64,000 nt of DNA from Patescibacteria group bacterium (lineage in GTDB: Bacteria > Patescibacteriota > Patescibacteriia > Magasanikbacterales > GWA2-37-8). The notes beneath the pieces are model-generated. The model was not told the DNA's origin. It worked only from the letters and a program-made list of their open reading frames with translations, and did no database searches. Location: NCBI GenBank assembly GCA_004321885.1, contig SCQK01000013.1, forward strand, positions 64,001 through 128,000. The letters are read 5' to 3'. Position numbers and translations under genes: made by a program. Shown piece after piece: positions 21,413 to 34,123 of this stretch (positions within the stretch are counted from its first letter, which is position 1; the number at the start of each line of letters is the position of its first letter).

Positions 21413-24379
21413 CTATTTAACCGAGAACAAAGTAAACCAGCCGAGCATCTCGTCAAAGGTTTTTTTGTCGCCAGAAATTTCTATGATGTTTTTGGATTTT
21501 TTGAAACCTTGGGGATAAAGCTCCATTAATTTTGTGCCGTCGGCGCGAGTATAAATTTTGGCCGGAATATTTTGCCATACAGTTGTGGTAGACGAACCGG
21601 ACAGAGAACCCCCGGTCGCCTCAGGCGACCTCGGGATGACAGCTGAGGCTATTATAAACCGGCTTAACTTATCGGCCGACTGAAAACGCACCACCTTGTC
21701 CCCGTGCTCCACTGTCCAGGCCGCCGGATATTGCAAAGTAAACCGCGCGAAAGAATCCTCGCTGTACAAACTCTTGGGCTGTTCGCTTTCCCGCTTGCGA
21801 ATCTCGGCCGCCAGCTGTTCCAGCTGCGTTTTCAATTTTCCGGTTTCTTCCACGATGGCTTTTTTCACGTTTTCGTTCACAATCTGATTATTGGGCTGGC
21901 AGGCGTAGCCGCCCAGCGTGGAAAGCAAACCCACCACGCCAAAAATCAACAACAATTTCGTAGCCGCCGCTATTTTTATAATGGCGCCTTTTTTGGCCGA
22001 AACTTTTTTCTCCAGCCCGGCCACCCGCTCGCGCGCCTTTAGCACCGTGTCCGGATTAAGCGAAATGCTGTCTATCCCCTCTTGCACCAAAAAATCGGCG
22101 AACTCGGGATAGTCAGAGGGCGCCTGACCGCAGATGCCCACCTTGCGTCCATACTTGTGCGCCGTGGAAATCACCTGTCGTATCAAAGTTTTTACGGCCT
22201 CGTTTCTTTCATCATACACATGGCTCACCAAAGCGCTGTCGCGATCAACACCTAGGGTCAACTGGGTTAAATCGTTGGAGCCGATGCTAAAGCCGTCAAA
22301 AATCTGGCTGTACTCTTTGGCCAAAATCACGTTGGAAGGAATCTCGCACATCACGTAAACTTTCAAGCCAGACCCCTCACTAACTCTCCCCTTATAAAGG
22401 GGGGAGGAGCTTCCTCGCTCCAATCCGAATTCTTTCATCACAGCCAGCACCTTTTTTCCCTCGGCCACGGTGCGGCAAAACGGCACCATCACGATTATAT
22501 TTTTCAGCCCCCACTCTTCACGCGCCATTTTCAATGCCGCGCATTCCAGCCTAAAACCGGGCTTGTAGGCCGGGTCATAATAGCGCGAAGCCCCGCGCCA
22601 GCCCAGCATGGGGTTTTCTTCTTTGGGCTCGTACAAATGCCCGCCGATAAGCGTGGCGTATTCATTGGTTTTGAAATCAGACAAGCGCACAATAACATCG
22701 CGCGGATAATACGCGGCCGCGATAAAAGCGATGCCCTCGGCCAGCTTGTCCACGCAGTACCGGGCCTTGTCTTTGTAGCCGATGGTCAGCTCGTCAATTT
22801 TGGCTTTCAATTCCCGGTCCGCCAATTTTTTGTAATTTACCAAAGCGAGCGGATGGATTTTTATAAAATTGGTGAAAATAAATTCCTCGCGCGCCAGGCC
22901 CACGCCGTCACTGGGGATATGCGACAAAGCAAAAGCGCTGCCCGGGTCGCCCACGTTCATCATTATTTTGGTGCGGGTTTTGGCAATGGCTTTTATTTCC
23001 TGTTTTTCTATTTCAAAAGGCAGGCGCCCTTTGTACACATAACCGGCCTCGCCCTCGGCGCAGGAAACAGTCACTTCCTGCCCGGGCTTCACAATCTGAC
23101 GCGCCCTGGCCGCGCCCACCAGGCACGGCGTGCCCAGCTCGCGGCTGACAATAGCCGCGTGCGAGGTCTTTCCCCCCTGCTCCGTGACAATGGCCGAGGC
23201 AATGCGCATTATCGGCTCCCAATCCGGGTCCGTAATGCGCGTAATCAAAACTTCGCCTGGCCGAAAGCTCTTCATCTGCCTGGGCGAGTTTATTACCCGC
23301 GCTTTGCCCTGACCGATTTTTTGCCCGATGCTGATTCCCTCCACCAAAACTTTGCCTTTTTGTTTCAAATGGTACTGCTCTATTACATTTATATTGTCGC
23401 GCGAACGCACTGTTTCGCTGCGCGCCTGCACGATATAGAGTTTTCCGCTCCGTCCGTCTTTGGCCCACTCTATATCCATGGGCCGCTGGTAATGCTCTTC
23501 TATTTGCATGCCCCACTTGGCCAGTTGCAAGACTTCGTCCGGGGAAACGCAGAACCGGTGCTGGTCCGGCATTTTTACTGTTTCCTGCCTGGTGCCTGTT
23601 TTTCCGTAAACAAGTTTTACTTCTTTGCTCCCCAGCCGCTTGCTGATGATTGATTTCAATCCGCGCCGAACCCCATCTTTGAAAACAAAAAACTGGTCCG
23701 GTATCACCCGGCCCTTGACCACATATTCGCCCAAGCCATAAGCCGCGTTTATAAGCACCACGCCCTTAAAACCCGACTCGGTGTCCAGAGTGAACATCAC
23801 GCCGCTGGCGCCCAAATCCGAACGCACCATTTCCTGCACGCAAACCGAAAGCGCCACAGCCGCGTGGTCAAAGCCCTTGTCCACGCGATAGGAAATGGCG
23901 CGGTCCGTAAAAAGAGAAGCAATACATTTCTGGCAGGCTAAAATAAGTTCATCGGCGCCGACGACATTCAAATAGGTTTCCTGCTGGCCGGCAAAACTGG
24001 CGTCGGGCAAATCCTCGGCCGTGGCCGACGAACGCACGGCCACTGAACTCTTGCCCAATTCTTTATACGCCGCTTTCAATTCATCTGCTATTATTCCTGG
24101 AAACTCGGCGCTTAAAACCATCTGGCGAATCTTGGCGCCGGCCGCGGCCAGCGATTTCACGTTTTTGCCGTCGGTCTTGTTTAGAATTTCTTTTATTTTT
24201 TTATCCAATTTGTCCTCACGCAAAAAAAGCCGGTAGGCGTCGGCAGTAAGAGCGAACCCGTTTGGCACGGCCACTCCATTGGCAGTCAAATTATTATACA
24301 TCTCGCCCAGCGACGCGGTCTTGCCGCCCACGCTGGGAATGTCTTTGATGCCGAGTTCCTTAAACCAGCGGATATACAT
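21413..24379 (-). CDS. PEP synthase / pyruvate-phosphate-dikinase-like enzyme (PPDK_N + swivel His domain + PEP-utilizing TIM-barrel) with an about 200-aa C-terminal extension containing a TM helix; one in-frame palindromic insert
   Basis: VGGKTASLGEM, VRSSATAEDLPDASFAGQQETYLN, GGKTSHAAIVSRELGTPCLVG, MCEIPSNVILAKEYSQIFDGFSIGSNDLTQLTLGVDRDS, RKVGICGQAPSDYPEFADFLVQEGIDSISL. Then IIKIAAATKLLLIFGVVGLLSTLGGYA (TM) and a further 190 aa. Insert SPLYKGRVSEG comes from the element at 22373-22405. Confidence 0.8.
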   Translation of the reverse strand: MYIRWFKELGIKDIPSVGGKTASLGEMYNNLTANGVAVPNGFALTADAYRLFLREDKLDKKIKEILNKTDGKNVKSLAAAGAKIRQMVLSAEFPGIIADELKAAYKELGKSSVAVRSSATAEDLPDASFAGQQETYLNVVGADELILACQKCIASLFTDRAISYRVDKGFDHAAVALSVCVQEMVRSDLGASGVMFTLDTESGFKGVVLINAAYGLGEYVVKGRVIPDQFFVFKDGVRRGLKSIISKRLGSKEVKLVYGKTGTRQETVKMPDQHRFCVSPDEVLQLAKWGMQIEEHYQRPMDIEWAKDGRSGKLYIVQARSETVRSRDNINVIEQYHLKQKGKVLVEGISIGQKIGQGKARVINSPRQMKSFRPGEVLITRITDPDWEPIMRIASAIVTEQGGKTSHAAIVSRELGTPCLVGAARARQIVKPGQEVTVSCAEGEAGYVYKGRLPFEIEKQEIKAIAKTRTKIMMNVGDPGSAFALSHIPSDGVGLAREEFIFTNFIKIHPLALVNYKKLADRELKAKIDELTIGYKDKARYCVDKLAEGIAFIAAAYYPRDVIVRLSDFKTNEYATLIGGHLYEPKEENPMLGWRGASRYYDPAYKPGFRLECAALKMAREEWGLKNIIVMVPFCRTVAEGKKVLAVMKEFGLERGSSSPLYKGRVSEGSGLKVYVMCEIPSNVILAKEYSQIFDGFSIGSNDLTQLTLGVDRDSALVSHVYDERNEAVKTLIRQVISTAHKYGRKVGICGQAPSDYPEFADFLVQEGIDSISLNPDTVLKARERVAGLEKKVSAKKGAIIKIAAATKLLLIFGVVGLLSTLGGYACQPNNQIVNENVKKAIVEETGKLKTQLEQLAAEIRKRESEQPKSLYSEDSFARFTLQYPAAWTVEHGDKVVRFQSADKLSRFIIASAVIPRSPEATGGSLSGSSTTTVWQNIPAKIYTRADGTKLMELYPQGFKKSKNIIEISGDKKTFDEMLGWFTLFSVK
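22373..22405. repeat. Palindromic element, family D (reverse complement of 8143-8175), in frame in the PEP-synthase-like gene
   Basis: cccctcactaactctccccttataaagggggg. Confidence 0.7.
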
Positions 24380-24419
24380 AATTGAAGTTCAAAGCGTGCG
24401 GTATTATACCACACTTTGA

Positions 24420-27279
<2,860 letters not shown>

Positions 27280-27389
27280 AACTGTTATTTTAACATAAAA
27301 CGGCTGACTTATGCAACTGCCGGCTGACAAAAAAGCCCCCCGACAAGCTCGGGAGGCTTTTGACTAATATTATGGGGTACCCAATAATA

Positions 27390-27827
27390 CTAATCAGCAA
27401 TGCCTGACTGCGATAATGTTACTGTGCCGCTCATGCCGTTCATATTGCCTTCCAGAGTGGCAACCACGCTGTAACTGCTTGAGGCCGTGCTGGTGTAAAC
27501 ATAGTTCTGCCCGGCTTTCGGATCTTTTGGCACAACCGCCATGTATGGGTCGGCACAGCCAGTGGCGGCGAATCCGGCGGAAGATAAACAGACATAGCTG
27601 CCTCCGGTAACGCCCAGGTTCTGGCCAGTGGCCGCGGCCGGATAACCGCTGTTATCGGTGTAGTACAACTCCAGCGCGGTTTGAATCTGTTTAAGGTCGG
27701 ACAAGCGCTTGGAATCGCGCGCTTTTGTTCTGGCGTTTCCCAAAGCGACCACTGCCAAAGTGGACAACAAACCGATGATGGCTACCACGACCAATAACTC
27801 AATCAAAGTAAAACCTTTCTTATTCAT
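27390..27827 (-). CDS. Type IV pilin-like protein (class III signal peptide)
   Basis: MNKKGFTLIELLVVVAIIGLLSTLAVVAL: prepilin cleavage motif G/FTLIE. Confidence 0.8.
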   Translation of the reverse strand: MNKKGFTLIELLVVVAIIGLLSTLAVVALGNARTKARDSKRLSDLKQIQTALELYYTDNSGYPAAATGQNLGVTGGSYVCLSSAGFAATGCADPYMAVVPKDPKAGQNYVYTSTASSSYSVVATLEGNMNGMSGTVTLSQSGIAD

Positions 27828-27871
27828 AAATTCACCCCCTCTCTATGCGTAAAGTTTCTTGACATATCGTA

Positions 27872-28306
27872 TTAATCTTGTATGCCCCCGGGAACCAAAG
27901 TTATCCCGCCGCTTAATCCTTCCATGGTCCCTTCCAAATTGGCGGTGACGGAATAAGTGCTCGAGGCCGCGTTGTAAGTATAAACATAAACCCCGGAATT
28001 TTTGGGGTCTGTGGGCACCCGGCCCATCAGCGCGTTGGCGCATCCAACAGCCGCAAAGCCGGAAGCGTTCAAACAGGCGTAATTGGTTCCTCCGAGAGCA
28101 GCGCTCGCGCCGGCCGGATAGCTATTGTTCTCGTCCTGGTAAAGCTCCAGCGCGGTTTGAATCTGTTTAAGGTCAGACAGACGTTTGCCATCGCGCGCTT
28201 TTATGCGCGCGCCGTTTAGGGCCACCACCGCCAAAGTCGCAAGCAGGCCGATAATGGCGACAACGACCAATAACTCAATCAGTGAAAAACCCTTGCTCTG
28301 TTTCAT
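27872..28306 (-). CDS. Type IV pilin-like protein, tandem paralog
   Basis: MKQSKGFSLIELLVVVAIIGLLATLAVVAL; 53% identical in architecture to the upstream pilin. Confidence 0.8.
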   Translation of the reverse strand: MKQSKGFSLIELLVVVAIIGLLATLAVVALNGARIKARDGKRLSDLKQIQTALELYQDENNSYPAGASAALGGTNYACLNASGFAAVGCANALMGRVPTDPKNSGVYVYTYNAASSTYSVTANLEGTMEGLSGGITLVPGGIQD

Positions 28307-28310
28307 ACCA

Positions 28311-28703
28311 TTATTTTTTAAGTTTCAAAACGCTTCTCACTTTATCCACCACCTCGGACGGCTTAAAATGGATTTTAATCAAGTAGTCAGCCGCGCCCTG
28401 CTCTATACCGCGTTCCACGTCGTCTTTTTGGCCTAAATTCGTGAGTAAAATTACCGGAATATTTTTGACTTCCGGGTCTTTTTTTAGAGCCTCCAAAACC
28501 GCGAAGCCGTCCATTTTTGGAAGCAAAATATCCAGCAAAATAATGTCGGGCTTTTTTTTCTTCGCGTCGGCCAGGCCTTTTTCCCCGTTGTTTGAAACAA
28601 AAATCTTAAAACCCTCCATTTCAAATTTTTTCTGGTAAATGCCCGCTAAAAATACGTCATCCTCCACGAGCAGAACCACTGTCTCCTTTGGATTTTTTAG
28701 CAT
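28311..28703 (-). CDS. Stand-alone response-regulator receiver (CheY-like) domain protein
   Basis: VLLVEDDVFLAGIY...PDIILLDILLPKMDGFAVLEALKKD...IPVILLTNLGQ...ADYLIK; Asp phospho-acceptor pocket. Confidence 0.8.
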   Translation of the reverse strand: MLKNPKETVVLLVEDDVFLAGIYQKKFEMEGFKIFVSNNGEKGLADAKKKKPDIILLDILLPKMDGFAVLEALKKDPEVKNIPVILLTNLGQKDDVERGIEQGAADYLIKIHFKPSEVVDKVRSVLKLKK

Positions 28704-28745
28704 ATTTTTAATTATACGATTTGAAATTTGCGACTAACGCGTTCA

Positions 28746-29906
28746 TTATACCATATTTCTCAACGCGAGGCCAATAGCCACGGACATGCGCGGCCCGATG
28801 TCTTGCAAAATCGGCCGCAAGCTGTCTTGGTGCACCACTCGCGCCCACGGGTCCCCCACATAGCATTTTGTCTTGAACTTGTCCGCGATGATTTTAGCCA
28901 GATAGGGCAAACCAGCCATGCCGCCCGTCAGAATAATTTTTTCCGGACGCTTGTTTTCATTGCCGGTCTGGCGCAAATATAATTCAAAGCTCACTTCTAC
29001 TTCTTTTATTATCGGTTCAATGACCGCGCCGAACATTTCCAAAAGTTTGGCTGATAAATTCACGCCGCTGCGCGGCTGGGAAACAAAATCAAACAAGTCG
29101 CGCTTAATCTGCTCGGTACCGCCCTCGTCTATCCCCAGCGCGTTGCGCAAAATTTTGTCTATTTTCACTCCGCCCGCGTCTATGGTCTGGTGCGTTACCG
29201 GATAAGCCGAGTCAACGATAAAAAAATTGGTGCGCTCGGCCCCGATGTCTATCAGCATGCAAACGGCCTGGTCCCGCCAAACCAGCGAACGGGTGAGCGC
29301 GGCCGACTCGGGTTCCAGCGCCGATAGCGCGATGCCCGCCTTTTGAAAAACTCTGGTGTAAAAGCTGATAAGCTGGTGCGGCACCGCGTTGATGAGCACG
29401 CGCTGAATTTTCTGCTCTTCGTCCGCGGAGATTATTTCGTGCTCAATAGCCACTTCTTCCAGCGGAATGGGCACGAATTTTTTTATCTCGGCGCGTAAAA
29501 TGCGGTCCAGCTCTTCTTTTTTCACCAAAGGCAAAGTGACCACCGCGTGAAAGACCGATGAAACCGGCAGGCTGACCACCGCGCTTTTGGAAACCACGCG
29601 GCTGGCCCGGCACACGGCCGCGATTTTGGCCGCGTATTCTTTTATTTTTTCTTCGCTGAAATTTTCGGCCTTGGCCGCCGTGGCTTCGGCGGAAGCCACA
29701 CCCGCCTCGGCTCCGATTTTCTTTTTCAGCAATTCACTCACCGCGTCTTCTTTGGCCGTGCTTATCTGGTGCACGTCTTGCGACTGCGAAGTCAGGCCAT
29801 AGGTAAAAAGCACCGGCCTTTTTTTCTCCTGGCGCAATTCCGCTAACTTAATGCCGCCCGCTCCGATGTCTATGCCTAAAAACGATTTCGGCTTGAAGAA
29901 AAACAT
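28746..29906 (-). CDS. pilM: Type IV pilus assembly ATPase-like protein PilM (actin-like fold)
   Basis: FLGIDIGAGGIKLAELRQ... start and overall length; ATG at 29904-29906 (the track start is GTG). Confidence 0.7.
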   Translation of the reverse strand: MFFFKPKSFLGIDIGAGGIKLAELRQEKKRPVLFTYGLTSQSQDVHQISTAKEDAVSELLKKKIGAEAGVASAEATAAKAENFSEEKIKEYAAKIAAVCRASRVVSKSAVVSLPVSSVFHAVVTLPLVKKEELDRILRAEIKKFVPIPLEEVAIEHEIISADEEQKIQRVLINAVPHQLISFYTRVFQKAGIALSALEPESAALTRSLVWRDQAVCMLIDIGAERTNFFIVDSAYPVTHQTIDAGGVKIDKILRNALGIDEGGTEQIKRDLFDFVSQPRSGVNLSAKLLEMFGAVIEPIIKEVEVSFELYLRQTGNENKRPEKIILTGGMAGLPYLAKIIADKFKTKCYVGDPWARVVHQDSLRPILQDIGPRMSVAIGLALRNMV

Positions 29907-29990
29907 ACGGTAATAGTATAGCACATTTTTCCGCTGTTCGTAAGAAGGCCTGTTGATAAGTGGGCGCGAATAGAGTAAAATAAAAGCACT

Positions 29991-31385
29991 ATGCTACAAC
30001 TTTTCAATACCCTGATCAGAAAAACAGAAGAATTCGTCCCGCTCAAAAAAGGCCGCGCAGGCCTCTACACCTGCGGCCCCACTGTCTACAACTACGCGCA
30101 CATCGGCAATTTGCGCGCTTATGTTTTTGAAGATGTGCTCAAGCGAGTTTTGCTCTACGACAAATACAAGGTGAAGCACGTGATGAATATCACCGACGTT
30201 GGGCATTTGACCGATGACGGCGACGCGGGCGAAGACAAGATGGAAAAAGGGGCGCGACGCGAGGGCAAGACCGCCTGGGAAATCGCGAAATTTTACGAAA
30301 ATGCTTTTAAGAACGACTTGAAAAATTTGAACATTTTGCCGGCCGACAAATATCCGCGCGCCACCGAGCACATCAAAAACCAAATCGCTTTGATAAAAAA
30401 ATTAGAGGCGAAAGGATTTACTTACCGCACGAGCGATGGCGTGTATTTTGACACTTCAAAGTTGTCGGATTACGGCAAGCTGGCGCTTTTGGGCAAACAG
30501 GAATTGATGGCCGGAGCGCGGGTGGAGATGGGAGAAAAAAAACACGCGACTGATTTCGCGCTGTGGAAGTTGAGCGCCTCGCAGGGCGGTCATCCTGAAC
30601 TTGTTTCAGGATCCCCAAAACGCCAAATGGAATGGCCTTCGCCCTGGGGCATCGGTTTTCCTGGCTGGCATATAGAGTGCTCGGCCATGTCAGTAAAATA
30701 TTTGGGCCAGCCGTTTGATATCCACTGCGGCGGAGTTGACCATATTCCGGTGCATCACACCAACGAAATAGCGCAAAGCGAAGCGGCCGGCGGCAAACCC
30801 CTGGCGAATTATTGGTTGCACGGAGAGTTTTTGATAACCGGTACGGAAAAAATGGCCAAATCGGAAAACAACTTTTTGACTTTGGCGAAATTGAAAGAAA
30901 AAGGCATCTCTCCCCTGGCCTATCGTTATTTCCTGTTGCAGACGCATTACCGCAAACAACTGAACTTTTCCTGGGAGGCGCTCTCCGCCGCGCAAAAGGG
31001 CTTGGAGCATTTGTATGACTTAATCCCTGTGTCCAATAGTCATCCTGAACTTGTTTCAGGATCTCCGCTCGCTCAACGATTCCAAGAAGCCATCAACAAC
31101 GACCTGGACACTCCGGCCGCTCTGGCTCTGGTCTGGGATGCCCTGCGCGCCAAAACAATTTCCAAAAAACAACTTTTGGATTTTGACAAGGTTCTCGGTC
31201 TTGGTCTGAACAAAGTGAAAAAAGAAAAAATCAAAATCCCGGCCGAAGTTCAGAAGCTGATCAAGGAGCGCGAAACCGCCCGCACGGCCAAGAACTGGGC
31301 CGAATCCGACCGTTTGCGCCGTGAAATAGAGGCCGCCGGTTTTACGGTTGAAGACACGCCGGATGGGCAGAAGGTGAGGAAATAA
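29991..31385 (+). CDS. cysS: Cysteinyl-tRNA synthetase with two in-frame family B palindromic inserts
   Basis: [21 protein letters not shown] (HIGH), KMAKSENN (KMSKS), anticodon-binding C-terminus; duplicated insert HPELVSGSP at 30589-30614 and 31039-31063. Confidence 0.9.
   Translation: MLQLFNTLIRKTEEFVPLKKGRAGLYTCGPTVYNYAHIGNLRAYVFEDVLKRVLLYDKYKVKHVMNITDVGHLTDDGDAGEDKMEKGARREGKTAWEIAKFYENAFKNDLKNLNILPADKYPRATEHIKNQIALIKKLEAKGFTYRTSDGVYFDTSKLSDYGKLALLGKQELMAGARVEMGEKKHATDFALWKLSASQGGHPELVSGSPKRQMEWPSPWGIGFPGWHIECSAMSVKYLGQPFDIHCGGVDHIPVHHTNEIAQSEAAGGKPLANYWLHGEFLITGTEKMAKSENNFLTLAKLKEKGISPLAYRYFLLQTHYRKQLNFSWEALSAAQKGLEHLYDLIPVSNSHPELVSGSPLAQRFQEAINNDLDTPAALALVWDALRAKTISKKQLLDFDKVLGLGLNKVKKEKIKIPAEVQKLIKERETARTAKNWAESDRLRREIEAAGFTVEDTPDGQKVRK
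30589..30614. repeat. Palindromic element, family B, in frame in cysS
   Basis: gtcatcctgaacttgtttcaggatcc. Confidence 0.7.
31039..31063. repeat. Palindromic element, family B, in frame in cysS (second copy)
   Basis: gtcatcctgaacttgtttcaggatc. Confidence 0.7.
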
Positions 31386-31388
31386 AAT

Positions 31389-31631
31389 ATGTCTAAATAT
31401 TTGACTGAATTAGATATTACAAGACCTGAGTATTTAGGTAACACAAATTGGCAATTAAAAGATCTTAACGAAATTACAATACTTTTTGGTAAAAATGGTT
31501 CTGGAAAAAGTAAACTGCTACGTACTCTACGCGATAGCAACAAAACTGTCTTTCATTATACATCACCAGAAAGAGCTGGTGACATAACTCACAATGTTGG
31601 TATCATGCAAGAGGAGCTAAACGGAGAATAG
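31389..31631 (+). pseudogene. N-terminal fragment (80 aa) of a P-loop AAA ATPase (AAA_15/21, OLD/abortive-infection-like); truncated
   Basis: ...ITILFGKNGSGKSKLLRTL... Walker A; stop after 80 aa and no continuation in frame. Confidence 0.5.
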
Positions 31632-31768
31632 CCACTCATAGCACCACCTTACTTTCCGCACTCGGTTATCACGACGAAGATAAAACTAGTATTATTTACA
31701 TCAACAATTCCGTAGCAGAACAACCAGCAAAAAAATTTGATAAAGAACACACTCAAATTAGTTACCTG

Positions 31769-32197
31769 ATGCTGGTTGTTACGCTGGCCGTGCTGGCGCT
31801 TTTCGCCTGTGCTTATATTTCGGCTCGGGCAGAACCCCCCTCGTACTACTCCGGCACAAATTTTGCCGCCACCGCCATGATGACATTAATCGTACTTATT
31901 CTTGCTTCCTTGGTGTCGCTCCAAGTAATTATTGATGAAAAATATTTACGAATTAAATTTGGCTACGGTATTTATAAAAAAAGGTTTTTACTTGATGATA
32001 TTGTGTCCGCTAAAACCGTAAAGAATCATTGGTATTATGGCTGGGGAATCAAGGTGTGGTTTTGGCCCAAGATGTGGATTTACAATGTTTCCGGTTTTGA
32101 CGCGATTGAAATAAAACTGAAAAATGGTAAAACGTACAGAATAGGCACGGATGAACCTGAAAAATTGGAGCAGACAATTTTTAATTCGATTAAATAA
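31769..32197 (+). CDS. Small membrane protein with bacterial PH-like C-terminal domain
   Basis: Two predicted TM helices (LVVTLAVLALFACAYI, MMTLIVLILASLVSLQVII), then ...AIEIKLKNGKTYRIGTDEPEKLEQTI. Confidence 0.45.
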   Translation: MLVVTLAVLALFACAYISARAEPPSYYSGTNFAATAMMTLIVLILASLVSLQVIIDEKYLRIKFGYGIYKKRFLLDDIVSAKTVKNHWYYGWGIKVWFWPKMWIYNVSGFDAIEIKLKNGKTYRIGTDEPEKLEQTIFNSIK

Positions 32198-32285
32198 CGA
32201 GGAACGGCAAAATTCTGAACTCAAGCGCCGCCACGCTCTCACTCCACAATACTTAGTTTCTATCTCTTGACAACATATAAACTAG

Positions 32286-32678
32286 AATGGGGGATAGTTT
32301 ACATCTTCTTATCAACAATAACTCTATGGACGACATCGCCTTCTCTGCAATGACGGAAGAAAATGAGATTGACTTTTTGCGCGATAAATCATCTCACAAA
32401 TACGTATACGACAAAACTACGATTGATTCGCTTAAAAAACGTTTCGCGTTAGAGGATAGTTAGAGAAATTCTTGTTGATCTGAATTTCCAAAAACAAGGT
32501 TTCGGAAAGCAACTGATGAGTATGTGCGTAGAACACGCGAGGGATAAAGGGGCCGTGGGCGTGGTGACTGAAACGGCTTTTGACAATATTCCCATGCAAA
32601 AACTGTGTGAAAAACTGGGTTTTAAAAAATGGGAAAATCCGCAATGGAAAAAAGGCATAACTTACAAATTAGTATTCA
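32286..32678 (+). pseudogene. GNAT acetyltransferase remnant, frameshifted and without a start codon
   Basis: Frame at 32440-32678 encodes ...VDLNFQKQGFGKQLMSMCVEHARDKGAVGVVTETAFDNIPMQKLCEKLGFKK (GNAT motif A/B) but opens after a stop. A separate 59-aa ORF at 32286-32465 may be the N-terminal piece. Confidence 0.45.
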
Positions 32679-32987
32679 ATTAGATATGCGTGAGTATGTT
32701 TTCAGAAAATACATCCCTGAATATCGGGCTTTTTACGCTTCAGAAAAGAAAAAAATAATAAAAGCTCTTGGCCCAACAACAAAAATTGAACACGTAGGTT
32801 CAACGGCTGTTCCCGATCTTGGGGGTAAAGGTATTCTTGATATTGTCGTGGGTATCCCAAAATCAAAAAAGAGGCGGTAAAAAAAGCCCTTGGCGATGGT
32901 GAAAAATACAGAAAATATAAAGAGGAATTTATTCAAAATATTTTGAGGATGAAGCCAATCAACATATTCAACGGGAGTTCGAAATAA
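32629..32987 (+). pseudogene. GrpB (UPF0157) family remnant, frameshifted
   Basis: IEHVGSTAVPDLGGKGILDIVVGIP is the GrpB signature. ORF stops at 83 aa; a C-terminal-like segment continues in another frame. Confidence 0.45.
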
Positions 32988-32990
32988 ATT

Positions 32991-33683
32991 ATGCCCGACC
33001 CATCCCAATTCACCGGCGACAAAAAAGTGGGGCAAAACTCACTGTTTAGCGCTCCGGAAAAAAAGTTCATAAACTGGGCCGCGCCAAAAGTGCCGGCTCG
33101 GATCAAAAGCCATCACCTCACCTACTCCACCATTGTTTGGAGTTTGGGTATAATTTTATTCGGCTATTTGGCGCAAGACGACCTCAACTGGCTGTGGGGA
33201 GCAAGCGCCATGATTTTATTGCAATGGCTCACGGATGTGCTGGACGGGGCGGTTGGCAGACGCAGAAACAAGGGGTTGGTCAAGTGGGGCTATTACATGG
33301 ACCATTTTCTGGACTATATTTTTCTCTGCTCGGTGCTTATCGGCTATTCGTTTTTCCTAAACGACTACTTGGACAATTCGCTGTTCTTTATTTTGGCGGT
33401 TTTCGGCGGCTTCATGGTCAATTCCTACTTGTCGTTCGCGGCCACAGGCGAATTCCGCATTACCTACCTCAAAATCGGCCCCACCGAGATGCGACTGGTG
33501 TTTATTATCGTCAACACCCTGCTTGTGATTTTCGGAAAAACTTACATGGCGCGCGCTCTTCCCTACGTGCTCGCTTTTTCCGCGGCCGGATTGTGGCTGG
33601 TGGTGTACAGAACCCAGAAAATGATTTGGAAAAAGGACATGGAAGCCAAAAATCCTAACGCAATTGAATCGTCTGGGCGGTGA
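32991..33683 (+). CDS. CDP-alcohol phosphatidyltransferase family protein
   Basis: DVLDGAVGRRRNKGLVKWGYYMDHFLDYI = D-x2-DG-x2-AR...G-x3-D-x3-D signature; multi-TM. Confidence 0.75.
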   Translation: MPDPSQFTGDKKVGQNSLFSAPEKKFINWAAPKVPARIKSHHLTYSTIVWSLGIILFGYLAQDDLNWLWGASAMILLQWLTDVLDGAVGRRRNKGLVKWGYYMDHFLDYIFLCSVLIGYSFFLNDYLDNSLFFILAVFGGFMVNSYLSFAATGEFRITYLKIGPTEMRLVFIIVNTLLVIFGKTYMARALPYVLAFSAAGLWLVVYRTQKMIWKKDMEAKNPNAIESSGR

Positions 33684-34071
33684 TACTGCCGTCCGAATTA
33701 GCCGCGCCGCCGGCCACGACATTCTCCCCCACCTTCAAATCATCAGCCGATCCGTCGGCTGATTTTGTTATTTGCGTGGAAGTGGAAAAAAATACTATTT
33801 TTGAACCGCCGTCGCGTAATTTAAGAGTAAGACTTTTGTCGTCTTTGGAGATAACTTCACCGGTCACGAAACCGGCGCCGCCGTCAAAACCCTGCCCTTG
33901 TCCGTTTCTTCTTGCCGCGCCTCCCTGGCCTTGCCCGCCTTGGACAAATCTCTGAAAATTATTTTGCCTGTTGGCGGCGACTTGGCTTTGGTTGAATTTC
34001 ATTCCGCCATAAAACGAACCGCCTCCGACCGCTATTAAAACGATGATAAATACCGGCAACATTTTTTTCAT
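33655..34071 (-). CDS. Membrane-anchored Gly/Gln-rich secreted protein upstream of the ABC permease
   Basis: MKKMLPVFIIVLIAVGGGSFYGG signal/anchor, then low-complexity GGQGQGG region. Confidence 0.45.
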   Translation of the reverse strand: MKKMLPVFIIVLIAVGGGSFYGGMKFNQSQVAANRQNNFQRFVQGGQGQGGAARRNGQGQGFDGGAGFVTGEVISKDDKSLTLKLRDGGSKIVFFSTSTQITKSADGSADDLKVGENVVAGGAANSDGSITAQTIQLR

Positions 34072-34083
34072 ATAAATTAATTA

Positions 34084-34117
34084 CCCCTCCTTAATCCTCC
34101 CCTTAATAAGGGGGGGG
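34084..34117. repeat. Palindromic element, family D (copy of 2735-2767)
   Basis: cccctccttaatcctccccttaataagggggggg. Confidence 0.6.
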
Positions 34118-34123
34118 AAATTG

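Noticed and set aside
22637-23653. 338-aa + strand ORF (and 23013-23516 minus-strand ORF) inside the PEP-synthase-like gene
   Set aside because: Antisense or alternative frame of a well-supported 988-aa gene. No motifs.
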